Shown here: positions 35,189-45,620 of the stretch, piece after piece
Layout: each line of letters begins with the position of its first letter
How positions within the stretch are numbered: the first letter of the stretch is position 1
Assembly (NCBI GenBank): GCA_947444305.1
Contig: CANEZP010000020.1
Location: 6,703-70,702, forward strand
DNA length: 64,000 bases
Source: Pseudobdellovibrionaceae bacterium
GTDB lineage: Bacteria; Bdellovibrionota; Bdellovibrionia; Bdellovibrionales; UBA1609
Direction of reading: 5' to 3'
Made by a program: the position numbers and the translations under genes
The notes under the pieces: generated by a model
Database searches by the model: none
What the model was told of the DNA's origin: nothing
Seen by the model: only the letters and a program-made list of their open reading frames with translations

Positions 35189-37666
35189 ATGCCGCTGGGT
35201 ACAGAACGAAAGTCTTGGTTGAGACGTGAATTACGCATGCCCGTGGCCGCGTTCCTGTTCGGCATCGTACTCACGCTTGCGGTAGCCATTTTGCTACACA
35301 AGGCGGAACGCAAAGCGCAAGAGCGTGATCTTTACGCCGAGGCCACCGAATTCTTCCGGCACATGGACTTGCTCGCCTTGAATAGCGTTTTAAAAATTCA
35401 GGCCTACGAAGAAAATGCACCGGCCCGCAGCCTTATGCTCGAAGTGCTACGCCACACGATCTTCCAGCGCGCTTCGATCTTCTTGCTCGAAAAAGATTTG
35501 GACGACGACGGCCTACCCGTCCTTACCCGCAAGCGAATGGTGGAAGTCGAAAACGCGACCCTGCAAAAAACGAAAAGTCCGCGGATGCGTTCGCCTACGT
35601 TGCGCAGAAACATCGGCAGCATGGTGCCCGACGGCGAATACAGCCGCATCGTTATTCATCACGACTCGGGCTCGGAAATTTTGAGCGTCGTCCTACGGTC
35701 CACGAAGGGCCGGAATGAATATCTGGTTTTCTCGACCCCGCTCCGTGCGCTGATCTCCGAGATCCGCTGGAAATCGGATTCGGCCATTCTTATCAGCTCG
35801 GACAACGCCGACGTAAAATGGCTTATAAATACTTGGCGCGAAAAGGAGCCTCAGATTACCAACGCGCCCGGCGAAGTCGCGCAATTCACGCAAGCCCGCC
35901 CGCGCTTGGTAGCGAGCCACGTCCTCGCCAATTCCGAAATCAAGCTGAGTTGGTATTACGGTACGGTCGTCGGTCTCTCCGGTCTTACGCTCATAGCGCT
36001 TGGCTCCGGCATCCTGATTTCATTCTTGGCCGCGCTGCTGATCTTCTCGCTACTCGCGCAAAACTCTCGCATTTCGGAACTCGTTATTTCGCGTACGCGC
36101 GAACTCGCCGTGGCCTTACACGAAGCGCAGGAAGCAAACCTTGTTAAAACCCGCTTCTTAGCCAACATTTCGCACGAAGTTCGCACGCCGCTGAATTTAA
36201 TCTTAGGCATGCTTGATTTGTCGGCCGAGCGTTCGACCGACGCTAAACTCAACGACTACATCAAAAGCATGCGCGCGGCGGGCGATCACTTGTTGGGATT
36301 AATTACCGATTTGTTGACGATGTCGCAGGTAGATCCCGTTGATCCGCAGATAAAGAACGTGCGGTTTGAATCCTTAGCGTTCTTCGAAGAAATTGCGCGC
36401 ATCATCGGTCCGAGCGCCCGCAAAAAAGGACTTCAATTTGAATTTGAGATCGAACCTTCGGTTCCGGGTCAGCTGCGTGGAGATCCGGCGCGCTTACGCC
36501 AAGTCGTAATGAATCTGCTGCGTAATTCGGTCAAATACACGAACGCCGGTTTCGTCTCGTTGCGGATTCGGTCCGCGCCGTCGACGAAGGCCGAGGAGTT
36601 CCGCTTGGCGATCGACGTTAGCGATTCGGGCGTAGGTATTCCCAAACGTCACCGTTCGGATGTCTTCAACCGCTTCTTCCAACTCGAAAGCTCACGGCGC
36701 TTCGCCGAGGGCGGCGTGGGCCTCGGTCTTTCGATCGTGAAGGAATTGGTGGATAAGATGAACGGTAAGATCCGTCTTGAATCCACAGAGGGGCGTGGTT
36801 CTACGTTCACCGTTGACCTCGCGTTGGCCGTGACCGATCGCACGTCGTGGACGGAAAACTTCAAAGCCGACGGCCGCTCAAAAGTCCTTGCGGTCACGCG
36901 CCGTGCTTCGCTGATTCATCTGCTTGATCACTTAGCGAGCGCGGGACACGTTGAGGTCAAACAAGAATCGCGAAACCTAAGTGATGGTTTAGCGAAATCA
37001 GATTTGCCGAATTTTGATAAAATCATTGCCGATTCGGGCTTTGAACGATCAACGCTCGTTCCGTCCTTGTTACCTACGGACCTCACTTCGTTCGTCGTGC
37101 TGGACAGCGACGACCGCCTACCCGGTGAGATGAGAACAAACGGCGCCGTGATCATCGATGACGCTCCGGTTTTACCGAGCAATCTCCTCCGTGCCCTGAA
37201 TTTTAAAATGGTGCGTGAACAAAAGCCGGCGGACGAAAAGATTGAATTCAGCGCCCTGCCGCTGCCGCAGAACTCGCGGCCCGAACGCCTGCGCTTGGTG
37301 ATCGCCGACGACGACGAGGGCAACCGTTACCTGATGAAGTCTTACCTCGAGGGCAGCGGCTGGGACATTGAGTTCGCGAGCAACGGCGAAGAAGCCCTCA
37401 ACGCGTGCATCATGCGCCCGGCCGATATCTTGATCGTCGACTTGCGCATGCCCGTGATGGACGGCTTCCAGACCGCCGACCACCTGCGAGCGTACGAATC
37501 GACGAACAACCGTTCCGCGACAAAAATCATCCTCGTTACCGCCGATGCCCTGCCCGAAACCAAGCAGGAAGCAAAAAGCCACGCCATCGATATGCTCCTC
37601 ACCAAACCGCTCCGCAAAAAGCATTTGTTCGAAGCGATTTCAAACTCCCGCACCGCCGCTTCGTAG
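35189..37666 (+). CDS. hybrid sensor histidine kinase/response regulator
   Basis: Two TMs flanking a periplasmic domain, H-box SHEVRTPL, N-box NSVKYT, DSGVGI, GVGLGL, C-terminal receiver (ADDD, DLRMP, KP). Confidence 0.93.
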   Translation: MPLGTERKSWLRRELRMPVAAFLFGIVLTLAVAILLHKAERKAQERDLYAEATEFFRHMDLLALNSVLKIQAYEENAPARSLMLEVLRHTIFQRASIFLLEKDLDDDGLPVLTRKRMVEVENATLQKTKSPRMRSPTLRRNIGSMVPDGEYSRIVIHHDSGSEILSVVLRSTKGRNEYLVFSTPLRALISEIRWKSDSAILISSDNADVKWLINTWREKEPQITNAPGEVAQFTQARPRLVASHVLANSEIKLSWYYGTVVGLSGLTLIALGSGILISFLAALLIFSLLAQNSRISELVISRTRELAVALHEAQEANLVKTRFLANISHEVRTPLNLILGMLDLSAERSTDAKLNDYIKSMRAAGDHLLGLITDLLTMSQVDPVDPQIKNVRFESLAFFEEIARIIGPSARKKGLQFEFEIEPSVPGQLRGDPARLRQVVMNLLRNSVKYTNAGFVSLRIRSAPSTKAEEFRLAIDVSDSGVGIPKRHRSDVFNRFFQLESSRRFAEGGVGLGLSIVKELVDKMNGKIRLESTEGRGSTFTVDLALAVTDRTSWTENFKADGRSKVLAVTRRASLIHLLDHLASAGHVEVKQESRNLSDGLAKSDLPNFDKIIADSGFERSTLVPSLLPTDLTSFVVLDSDDRLPGEMRTNGAVIIDDAPVLPSNLLRALNFKMVREQKPADEKIEFSALPLPQNSRPERLRLVIADDDEGNRYLMKSYLEGSGWDIEFASNGEEALNACIMRPADILIVDLRMPVMDGFQTADHLRAYESTNNRSATKIILVTADALPETKQEAKSHAIDMLLTKPLRKKHLFEAISNSRTAAS

Positions 37667-37760
37667 AGAACTTACCAAATCCGCTTACCCGCAGTCTTAT
37701 TTTGCCTCCGGCACGCGGAAGGTATTGGATTGAAGCTTAACCAACTTCTACGGGGGATTT

Positions 37761-38192
37761 ATGAAGTTATTGATCTTGGTTTTATCGTTGCTCACGGCCG
37801 CTTCGGCGCACGCCAAAAACTATTCGTTCAAGGGCGACGACGCTCGTAAACTGATGGAGACTTTGGCCGGCGCCGGCTTCGAAGTCTCTAATGCCCAACA
37901 AGAATGGGGCGGCAAGACACTAGTCATTCACACGAACGAAGTCTTCTGCCACTACACGGCCGTCTCCCACCCCGATGACTGGATGTCGAACGTCGACTGC
38001 TACAAAGGCACGGACCAAAGCGGCCCGAAACTAGCGAACCCGTTAGCGCTGGCCCAAGCGTTAGCACCCTACGCCACCCAAGAGGCGGGACTCGGCAACC
38101 GCTGGCTCAACGTGAATAGCGTTTCGTGCTCGCTCGTTTACGACAAACGTAAATACGACTGCGTGATCTCAGCGGAAGAAAGCCCGCGCTAG
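37761..38192 (+). CDS. secreted hypothetical protein (4 Cys)
   Basis: RBS GGGGG, signal MKLLILVLSLLTAASAHA. Confidence 0.75.
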   Translation: MKLLILVLSLLTAASAHAKNYSFKGDDARKLMETLAGAGFEVSNAQQEWGGKTLVIHTNEVFCHYTAVSHPDDWMSNVDCYKGTDQSGPKLANPLALAQALAPYATQEAGLGNRWLNVNSVSCSLVYDKRKYDCVISAEESPR

Positions 38193-38222
38193 AGCGGCGC
38201 GCGCAGCGCGCCGGTATCTAAA

Positions 38223-39605
38223 TCACTTGAATTTATTGATGATCTCTTTGAAGTAATTCCCACGCTCGACGTACGAGTCGAACATGTCGAACGACGAGGC
38301 GCCGGGCGACAGCAACACGGTGTCGCCGATGCGTGATTTTTGGTAAGCGATTAAAACCGCTTCTTCAAAAGTACCGATCAGGAAGGTTTCGCTGAAATCG
38401 CCGATGTCGCGATTGATGCGCTCTTTAGCTTCACCGACCAGAATCAAGGTCTTCACCTTGCGCTGAATTTTATCGCGCAGGGGCGCGTAGTTCAGGTTGG
38501 TCTCTTTACCGCCCATGATAAGAATCACGTTCTCGTCGAAGGCGTCGAGGCCGCGCAAAACCGCGTGCACGTTGGTGGCTTTTGAATCGTTAAAGAATTC
38601 TACGCCCCCGACTTTGCGGACGTATTCAAGGCGGTGGGGCATGCCTTTGTAGCTATCGATCGAGCGCTGGATGCTTTCGTGCTTAGCGCCGTGTTCACGC
38701 GCGGCCAAGATGGCGGCCATGATGTTCTCGTACGAGTGCTTGCCCTTCATCTTCATGTTTTCGACGTTGTAGTATTCGATCTCGGGACCGGTGCGCACGC
38801 GGATCGAATTTTTGATCGTGACCGCGCCGCCGATGTTCATGATTTGCGGTTCGAGCGAAGGTTTGCGCGAGAAATAGAAAATGCGGCCGCGCTGAACCAT
38901 CGGATCACGCGCGAGTTCAACGACGGCGTTGTCGTCGGCGTTCAAGATCGAGGTCGTGCCCTGATTGGTGTTCAAAAAGATTTTACGTTTGGCGTTCACG
39001 TACTCTTCCATCGTGCGGTAACGGTCGAGGTGATTTTCGGCCAAGTTCATGAACACGATGTTCTTCGGATTAAACTTCTGTACGTGTTCCAATTGGAAAG
39101 ACGAGACTTCGACCACGAGAACTTCGGCACGGTTATCGGCCATCAAATACTCGCACAAAGGTTCGCCGAAATTACCGCCGACCCACGATTTCACGCCCGA
39201 TTCGAGCAAAAAAGTATGAATCAGGTGCGTGGTCGTCGTCTTACCGTTGGTGCCGGTGACCGCGATCATCGGTTCTTTGATGAATTGCGAGCAGAACTCC
39301 ATCTCGCCGGTGACGTACACGCCTTGCGAGCGAGCGTAGTCGAAGATTTTAAGGTGAGGGGGCACGCCCGGGCTCAAGACGATGAGATCTTGGTTCAAAA
39401 AAGTTTTGGGCGTGTGGCCACCGAGTTCGAGCGTTACGGGTAAACCGTCGAGCTTTTCGAGGTGACCCGAAAGCTCGGCCTTCGATTTGTGATCGGAAAC
39501 GGTAACGACCGCGCCGTGTCGGCACAGGAACTTCGACAACGTGACGCCGGTTTTGGCAAGGCCGACGATAAGAACGCGTTTGCCGCTAAGTTCGCTAAAT
39601 TCCAT
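38223..39605 (-). CDS. murD: UDP-MurNAc-L-Ala--D-Glu ligase
   Basis: SPGVP, GTNGKTTT, EVSSFQL, HRLE, NDSKATN, LLSPGASSFD, ERG. Confidence 0.98.
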   Translation of the reverse strand: MEFSELSGKRVLIVGLAKTGVTLSKFLCRHGAVVTVSDHKSKAELSGHLEKLDGLPVTLELGGHTPKTFLNQDLIVLSPGVPPHLKIFDYARSQGVYVTGEMEFCSQFIKEPMIAVTGTNGKTTTTHLIHTFLLESGVKSWVGGNFGEPLCEYLMADNRAEVLVVEVSSFQLEHVQKFNPKNIVFMNLAENHLDRYRTMEEYVNAKRKIFLNTNQGTTSILNADDNAVVELARDPMVQRGRIFYFSRKPSLEPQIMNIGGAVTIKNSIRVRTGPEIEYYNVENMKMKGKHSYENIMAAILAAREHGAKHESIQRSIDSYKGMPHRLEYVRKVGGVEFFNDSKATNVHAVLRGLDAFDENVILIMGGKETNLNYAPLRDKIQRKVKTLILVGEAKERINRDIGDFSETFLIGTFEEAVLIAYQKSRIGDTVLLSPGASSFDMFDSYVERGNYFKEIINKFK

Positions 39606-39649
39606 GGACGCTCCGGTTCCTGGGAGGGCATGACCCTCCCCACTTCAGA

Positions 39650-40729
39650 CTATCTAAGTTTGAGAGTGGCTAATGACAGAACCGCGAGCAGGATGGAGAT
39701 AATCCAAAAACGAACGATGATCTTCGTTTCGTCCAATCCCTTGAGCTCGAAATGGTGGTGTATCGGCGCCATTTTAAAAATACGACGGCCTGTCAGTTTG
39801 AAAGAAATAACTTGTGTGATCACTGACAGCGCTTCTACCACAAAAACGCCTCCCAACACCAACAACAAAAGTTCGTTTTGCGTGATAACGGCGGTGATCC
39901 CGACGAAACCCCCTAGGGACAGGCTTCCTACGTCACCCATAAAAACTTGGGCGGGGTAAGCGTTGAACCACAAAAATCCCATGCCCGCGGCCACAACGGC
40001 ACCGGCAAGGACGCAAACTTCACCCGTACCGGCCATATACGGAATGGCGAGGTATTCGGCGATTTTGGCATGACCCGCCACGTAAGCAAAAATGGCTAAA
40101 GTAAACGCGCTGACCATGACCGGCACGATCGCGAGCCCGTCCAAACCATCGGTCAAATTCACCGCGTTAGCGCAGCCCACCACGACGAGCGCCGCGAAAG
40201 AAACGTAGGCAAAAAAGCCGATATCGAGATTCGCTTCTTTGAAGAACGGGAACGTCACCACGGTGGGTAAATGGTTGTGATACGCGAGAAGACCGATCAC
40301 CACGCCCGCGATCAAGAATTCGGCGGTGAGGCGGACTTTGCCCTTAACTCCCTTAGAATTCTTTTTGCTGACCTTTAACCAATCATCCCAGTATCCGATC
40401 AGGCCGAAACCGAACGTTACGATCAAAACTGCCCACACGTAAGGGTTGAGGAGATCCACCCATAACAACGTCGGGATGAGAATGCCGAGCAGCATGAGAC
40501 CACCACCCATGGTGGGCGTGCCCTGTTTTTTCTTGTGCGTTTGTGGGCCGTCGTCGCGGATGCTCTGGCCGAAATGTTTATTGCGCAGATGCTGGATAAA
40601 ATAAGGACCGACGAAAATGCAAACGAAGAAGCCGGTGAAAAAAGCGGTGAAAGTACGAAAAGTGATGTAGCGAAAAACATTGAGCGCGTTAAAGACATCG
40701 GAATTTTCGTAAAGCCATTTGTACAACAT
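39650..40729 (-). CDS. mraY: phospho-MurNAc-pentapeptide transferase
   Basis: [36 protein letters not shown]. Confidence 0.98.
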   Translation of the reverse strand: MLYKWLYENSDVFNALNVFRYITFRTFTAFFTGFFVCIFVGPYFIQHLRNKHFGQSIRDDGPQTHKKKQGTPTMGGGLMLLGILIPTLLWVDLLNPYVWAVLIVTFGFGLIGYWDDWLKVSKKNSKGVKGKVRLTAEFLIAGVVIGLLAYHNHLPTVVTFPFFKEANLDIGFFAYVSFAALVVVGCANAVNLTDGLDGLAIVPVMVSAFTLAIFAYVAGHAKIAEYLAIPYMAGTGEVCVLAGAVVAAGMGFLWFNAYPAQVFMGDVGSLSLGGFVGITAVITQNELLLLVLGGVFVVEALSVITQVISFKLTGRRIFKMAPIHHHFELKGLDETKIIVRFWIISILLAVLSLATLKLR

Positions 40730-40744
40730 AGGAAGATTTCCTTA

Positions 40745-42184
40745 CTAACCCGGCTTCTTACCGAGCGGGGTGCTCAATGGCCAGCCATCGAGGACATGTT
40801 CGAGTTCCATTCCGCGCGAACCTTTGATCGATATCAGGTCGTCGCTCTTCAATAGTTCAAGCATTTTTTGGGCGAGCCCTAAATCCACTTTCGGACTCGC
40901 GAAGAAGGGTACGCCTTTACGTGTTTTTTCGAAACCTTTTTGAAACGCTTTTGCAAATTCGCCGACGTAGTAGACCGCTTCGAAAGGAACGCTCGCCGCG
41001 CGCTCGCCCGCTTCTTCGTGCGCCTGCGCGCTGAATTCGCCGAGCTCACGCATATCACCGAGCACTAAAAATTTGCTGCCCGCGACATCCATTTCAAAGA
41101 GATTTTTAAGCAGCGCTTGCACGCTGTCGGGATTGGCGTTGTAAGCATCAAACAAAACGCGCGCGCCGTTTTTAAGCGGCAGTATTTGATTGCGCCCCCA
41201 CGCCGAATCTTGAATAGACGCTAAGCCAGACCAAATCTGCGGTGCGGTCAGACCCGCCGCGAGCGCGAGTGCCGAAGCGGCCATTAGGTTGACGACATTA
41301 TGCCGCCCCAGAATGCGCACCGAAACTTCACCCGGTACCCCGGCGATCGTGCCTAAAAGATCGAGCCCGTCCCAGTTCATACGTTGCGCACGGAGGTGAA
41401 CGTCGGCGGAGGCTTTAAAAGACGAAAATTGAATTTGTTTCGAAGTCGAGCGCGCTTGCATGCGCATCGTCCACTCGTTATCGGCGTTGAAAACGTGCAA
41501 GGCTTTAGGGCACGCGACGTAGATTTCTTCCTTAGCGTCGGCGATCGCTTGCTGTGAACCGAGCTCACCGATGTGCGCGCGGCCGACCGTCGTCGCCGTT
41601 ACGATATCGGGCTCACTAATTTGGCAAAGCCGCCAAATCTCGCCGGCGTGATTCATGCCCATCTCTAAGATAAGATGCGTATGTTCGGGCCCCGCGTCGA
41701 GGATACTTAAAGGAACGCCCCAGTGATTATTAAAGCTGCCCTTGGACGCGTGCACCGCGAAGTGAGACTTCAGAATCGTGTAGGTAAACTCTTTGGTCGA
41801 AGTTTTGCCGTTCGAGCCGGTGATCGCCAATACTTTAAAACCATGTTTGCGACGCCAGAATAATCCCAGCGATTGTAGGCCCTGTAAGGTGTTCGCGACT
41901 TTTACGAAACTCGCCTTTGACTTGAGCGTTTCCCATTCGTCGCGCCACTCGCTGATGAGTACGGCGTGCGCACCCGCCTCGACCGCCTTCACGACAAAAT
42001 TATGACCGTCGAAATTATCACCTTTGAGCGGAATGAAGAGCTTGCCCGCGAGCGATCCTCTGGAATCGGTGCCGACCTTCTGGAAATTTTTGTGCGGTTC
42101 GGAAATAATTTGCCCGCCGGCGGCCTGGGCCAGCTCCTGAACCGTGCAATTCCAGCTTTTGATGTTTCCGTTGACCGCGCTCAT
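40745..42184 (-). CDS. murF: UDP-MurNAc-tripeptide--D-Ala-D-Ala ligase
   Basis: ITGSNGKTSTKE, NNHWGVP, EMGM, DAYNANP, GDMRELG, KGSRG. Confidence 0.97.
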   Translation of the reverse strand: MSAVNGNIKSWNCTVQELAQAAGGQIISEPHKNFQKVGTDSRGSLAGKLFIPLKGDNFDGHNFVVKAVEAGAHAVLISEWRDEWETLKSKASFVKVANTLQGLQSLGLFWRRKHGFKVLAITGSNGKTSTKEFTYTILKSHFAVHASKGSFNNHWGVPLSILDAGPEHTHLILEMGMNHAGEIWRLCQISEPDIVTATTVGRAHIGELGSQQAIADAKEEIYVACPKALHVFNADNEWTMRMQARSTSKQIQFSSFKASADVHLRAQRMNWDGLDLLGTIAGVPGEVSVRILGRHNVVNLMAASALALAAGLTAPQIWSGLASIQDSAWGRNQILPLKNGARVLFDAYNANPDSVQALLKNLFEMDVAGSKFLVLGDMRELGEFSAQAHEEAGERAASVPFEAVYYVGEFAKAFQKGFEKTRKGVPFFASPKVDLGLAQKMLELLKSDDLISIKGSRGMELEHVLDGWPLSTPLGKKPG

Positions 42185-43659
42185 AGCATTTCCGTTAAGA
42201 CTTTGACGTCTGAGAAATCGAATTTTTTGTCGCCGATGATTTGATAATCTTCGTGCCCTTTTCCGGCAACCAAAATGACATCACCTTCACGCGCGGTTTG
42301 CAAGGCTAACGCTAAAGCTTTTTTGCGATCGGGTTCACTCTCGAGATGACCCGCCCAAGCTTGCGGCACGCCGGCGCGAATATCGGCGATGATTTGCAGC
42401 GGATCCTCGCTACGCGGATTGTCGCTGGTGATGATCAAACGATCCGAAAATTCGCTCGCGGCTAACGCCATTAACGGGCGTTTGCCTTTGTCGCGATCGC
42501 CGCCGCAACCGAACACGGTAATGATCTTAGCTTTTGAATTTCCTTTAAGTTGTTTGAGCGCACGACCCACCGTTCGAACGGCGTCGTCGGTGTGCGCGTA
42601 ATCCACGAAGATGTGCAGATTTCTTTGGTTCACAACTTTTTCAAGCCGGCCGGGCGCGCCGTAGAATTCAGCGAGCGCTTCTTTCGCGGTTTGCAACGAG
42701 CAACCGGTCGCGAGCGAGGCCGCGAGCGCCGCGACCGCGTTGTAGATGTTGTGTTCACCGGTGCACGGTAAGGCAATCTCGGCGGTGCCGCGCGGGGTTT
42801 TTACTTCGAAGAGACTTCCGTTCAAATCTTCTTTGATCACCCGGAATGAAAAATCGGCGTCCGTCCCGCGGCCGTACCACCAGACGGTGCTGCCTTCGCG
42901 AACTTTCGTTTTCTTGATCCAAGGGTCATCGGCGTTGAGCACGGCGACCGAAGCCCACTTGGATTTGCCGAGCAGCTCGTTAAACAAGCGCTCCTTCGCG
43001 GCGAAGTATTTCTCCATGCTAACGTGATAGTCCAAGTGATCGCGGGTAAAATTGGTGAACACCGCCACGGCGAAGGGCAGGCTCTCGACCCGCGCTTGAT
43101 CAAGAGCGTGCGACGAGACTTCGAAGGCCGCGGCCCGGGCCCCCGCGTCCGCAAATTCGCGAAGCCGCAAATTCAAAGTTAACGGGTCCGGCGTCGTCAG
43201 CTGGCTAACCCACTTACGCTCCAATAAATGGTGATCGATCGTTCCGATCACGCCGCAAGGCAAGCCAAACCGGTTTAGGATTTTTTCGATCATGTACGTG
43301 ATGGTCGTTTTGCCGTTGGTCCCGGTCACGCCGATGCAAAATAAATTTTGCGCGGGGTCGCCGTAAAATTGCATCGCCAATCGGTCGAGCGCGTGGCGCG
43401 TGTTCGGTACTTTGAGAACGGCGCCGGTAAATGCCGGGCTGATGTCCGCGTCATCTTCAACGATCAGCGCGAGTACTTTGTTTTGCGCGGAAAGCTCGGG
43501 CAAAAATTTATGCCCGTCGGCGGAATGGCCTCGGATCGCGACGAACACGGTACCGGCATCGCAGCGCCGCGAGTCCTGCGTGAGCGAAGTAACCTCTACG
43601 TCGCCGGCGGCGCCGAGTTTTGCTTCCGGAAATGGCGACAACAATTGCGCTAGCTTCAT
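42181..43659 (-). CDS. murE: UDP-MurNAc-dipeptide--mDAP ligase
   Basis: GTNGKTT, TTP, EVSSH, DHLDYH, DYAHT, GCGGDRD, DNPR (mDAP-type), AGKGHE. Confidence 0.98.
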   Translation of the reverse strand: MKLAQLLSPFPEAKLGAAGDVEVTSLTQDSRRCDAGTVFVAIRGHSADGHKFLPELSAQNKVLALIVEDDADISPAFTGAVLKVPNTRHALDRLAMQFYGDPAQNLFCIGVTGTNGKTTITYMIEKILNRFGLPCGVIGTIDHHLLERKWVSQLTTPDPLTLNLRLREFADAGARAAAFEVSSHALDQARVESLPFAVAVFTNFTRDHLDYHVSMEKYFAAKERLFNELLGKSKWASVAVLNADDPWIKKTKVREGSTVWWYGRGTDADFSFRVIKEDLNGSLFEVKTPRGTAEIALPCTGEHNIYNAVAALAASLATGCSLQTAKEALAEFYGAPGRLEKVVNQRNLHIFVDYAHTDDAVRTVGRALKQLKGNSKAKIITVFGCGGDRDKGKRPLMALAASEFSDRLIITSDNPRSEDPLQIIADIRAGVPQAWAGHLESEPDRKKALALALQTAREGDVILVAGKGHEDYQIIGDKKFDFSDVKVLTEML

Positions 43660-43687
43660 CACGCTCCCCTAGAACCCGGAGCACAAT

Positions 43688-45619
43688 TTAGTCCGGATTC
43701 TCCAACACTAAAGTAACGCGGTGGCGTCCGGCAACTAAGGATCCGGATTGGGGGATGGTGCGCACAACGACGCCGTGGCCGCGCACTTCGATCTGACTCG
43801 ATTGCGCGCGCACGCGGGTGAGCGCTTCGCGCAAAGTCATCCCGAGTAGATTCGGAAAAGTGCCCGCCGCTTCGTCGGCCGCTAGAATCTTAAGATCGTT
43901 GACCGCTCGCGCTTGCAATTCGCTGCGGCGTTTTTCGGGCGTCTGCCCGCGAACCATGTTGTTCTCGGTAAAAAGAACCGGCGGCAGGCCCGCGCGGCGA
44001 ACCATGTACTGCGCGATGCGCGAGAACACAGGCGCGGCAACTTGGCTGCCGTAGTAAGCTTTTTTCGGATCATCGATCGTCACCAAGATCACGTAACGCG
44101 GATTATGCGCGGGTACGAAGCCGGCGAAGCTCGAGACGTAAGAGTTAGGGATGTACCCCCCCTTAACCGCGTCGACTTTTTGCGCGGTGCCCGTTTTACC
44201 GGCGACGTGATAGCCGGGAATGCGCGCGTTCCAACCGCTCGCTTTTTCCTCCGTGGCCGCGGTGAGCATCAGACGCATGGTCGCGGCGTCGGCGGAGTTA
44301 AGTACGCGGCGGATTTCTTGGGCGGTCAACTCTTGCGCTTCTTCTTGACCGGGCCGGCGGATCTTCCTGACGAGCAAAGGCTTTTTAAGCAAGCCACCGT
44401 TCGCGATCGCGCCGTAAGCCGCGACCATCTGCATGGGGGTCACCGCGATCCCGTGGCCGAACGAAATATTGCTCATGAGATGCGGCCGCCAAGGCAATGG
44501 ATTGACGATACCGCGCGCTTCGCCGGGTAAATCTAAACCCGTCTTCGCGCCGAAACCGAAATCGGTCAGACCTTGAAACAATCTTTGCGCGCCGAGATCG
44601 AAAGCAATCTTAGCCGTACCGATGTTGCTCGAGAAAGCGAGGATCTCGGTGACGTTCAGCCACTCGAACTTTTCCTTCTCCATCGCCTCTTTGATCCACT
44701 TGTCGCCGATTTTCCAGCGCCCGCCCTCGCAAAAGTACCTCGTCGAAGGGCGAACTAAATTTTCGCGAAGCGCGCTCGCGATCACGAAGGTCTTCATGAT
44801 GCTGCCGGGCTCGAAGGCGTCGGCCACTAAACGATTGCGCAAATTATTAAGCGGTAGATTGGCCATCGCTAAAATCTCGCTGGTCTGCGCGTCCATCACC
44901 ACGCCCATCGCGGAGGTCGCGTCGAACTTTTCGACCACCGAGCGAAGTTCTTGCTCCAAATTAAACTGTGCTTCGTAATCGATCGTTAATTCCAGGTCGG
45001 CGCCGTCGGGCACTTCGGTCAACGACCGGCCGTCGGCGAGCAGCGGGCGGCCGCGCGCGTCCCTCGGCAATAAGACTTGTTTAAGCTGCCCTTCGAGATC
45101 TTTATTAAATTGCAGTTCGAGCCCTTCGAGCCCGCCGCCCTCGCTGCCCACGAAGCCTAGCACTTGTGAAAGCAAGCCCCCGTTCGGGTAAACGCGTTTA
45201 GGCTCTTCGATAAAACCTAAACCGGGCTCGTCCCACTTTTTAACTTTGTCACGCTCGGCTTCGGACATTTGGCGTTTGAGCCAGATGAAGCGGCGTTGTT
45301 TTTCGCGCAAGCGTTTGCGAGTGTTTTTTTCGGGAAGGTTAAATTCTTTCGCGAGCCGCTTCGCCAAACGGTAGGGATCTTCGATTAATTTTGGATCCGC
45401 GAAGAGCGAGTACGCGGGCACGCTCGCGGCCAACTCATTCCCCTGCCGATCGACGATCGCGCCCCGACGTGTGCGGATTTGCAACGCGGTTTCGAACTGC
45501 CGCTTCTTTAAAGCGTCGAGTCTCGAATCGGGCAGCATTTGCAACATTCCGGCGCGTACGATCAGCACGCCCCAGAGAACTAGAAAACACGAGAAGAGTA
45601 CGAGAATGCGGCTGCGCAT
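43688..45619 (-). CDS. ftsI: class B penicillin-binding protein FtsI with PASTA domain
   Basis: RGAIVDR, RVYP, EPGSIMK (SxxK), SSN, KTGT, C-terminal PASTA-like domain. Confidence 0.95.
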   Translation of the reverse strand: MRSRILVLFSCFLVLWGVLIVRAGMLQMLPDSRLDALKKRQFETALQIRTRRGAIVDRQGNELAASVPAYSLFADPKLIEDPYRLAKRLAKEFNLPEKNTRKRLREKQRRFIWLKRQMSEAERDKVKKWDEPGLGFIEEPKRVYPNGGLLSQVLGFVGSEGGGLEGLELQFNKDLEGQLKQVLLPRDARGRPLLADGRSLTEVPDGADLELTIDYEAQFNLEQELRSVVEKFDATSAMGVVMDAQTSEILAMANLPLNNLRNRLVADAFEPGSIMKTFVIASALRENLVRPSTRYFCEGGRWKIGDKWIKEAMEKEKFEWLNVTEILAFSSNIGTAKIAFDLGAQRLFQGLTDFGFGAKTGLDLPGEARGIVNPLPWRPHLMSNISFGHGIAVTPMQMVAAYGAIANGGLLKKPLLVRKIRRPGQEEAQELTAQEIRRVLNSADAATMRLMLTAATEEKASGWNARIPGYHVAGKTGTAQKVDAVKGGYIPNSYVSSFAGFVPAHNPRYVILVTIDDPKKAYYGSQVAAPVFSRIAQYMVRRAGLPPVLFTENNMVRGQTPEKRRSELQARAVNDLKILAADEAAGTFPNLLGMTLREALTRVRAQSSQIEVRGHGVVVRTIPQSGSLVAGRHRVTLVLENPD

Positions 45620-45620
45620 T

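Noticed and set aside
29864-38222. Prophage, ICE or transposon as the origin of the dcw-splitting block
   Set aside because: No integrase, transposase, phage genes, att-like repeats or obvious compositional shift.
39615-39645. Hairpin GGGAGGG-CATGA-CCCTCCC between mraY and murD as a terminator
   Set aside because: No U-tract and it lies inside a co-oriented operon; at most an mRNA stability element.
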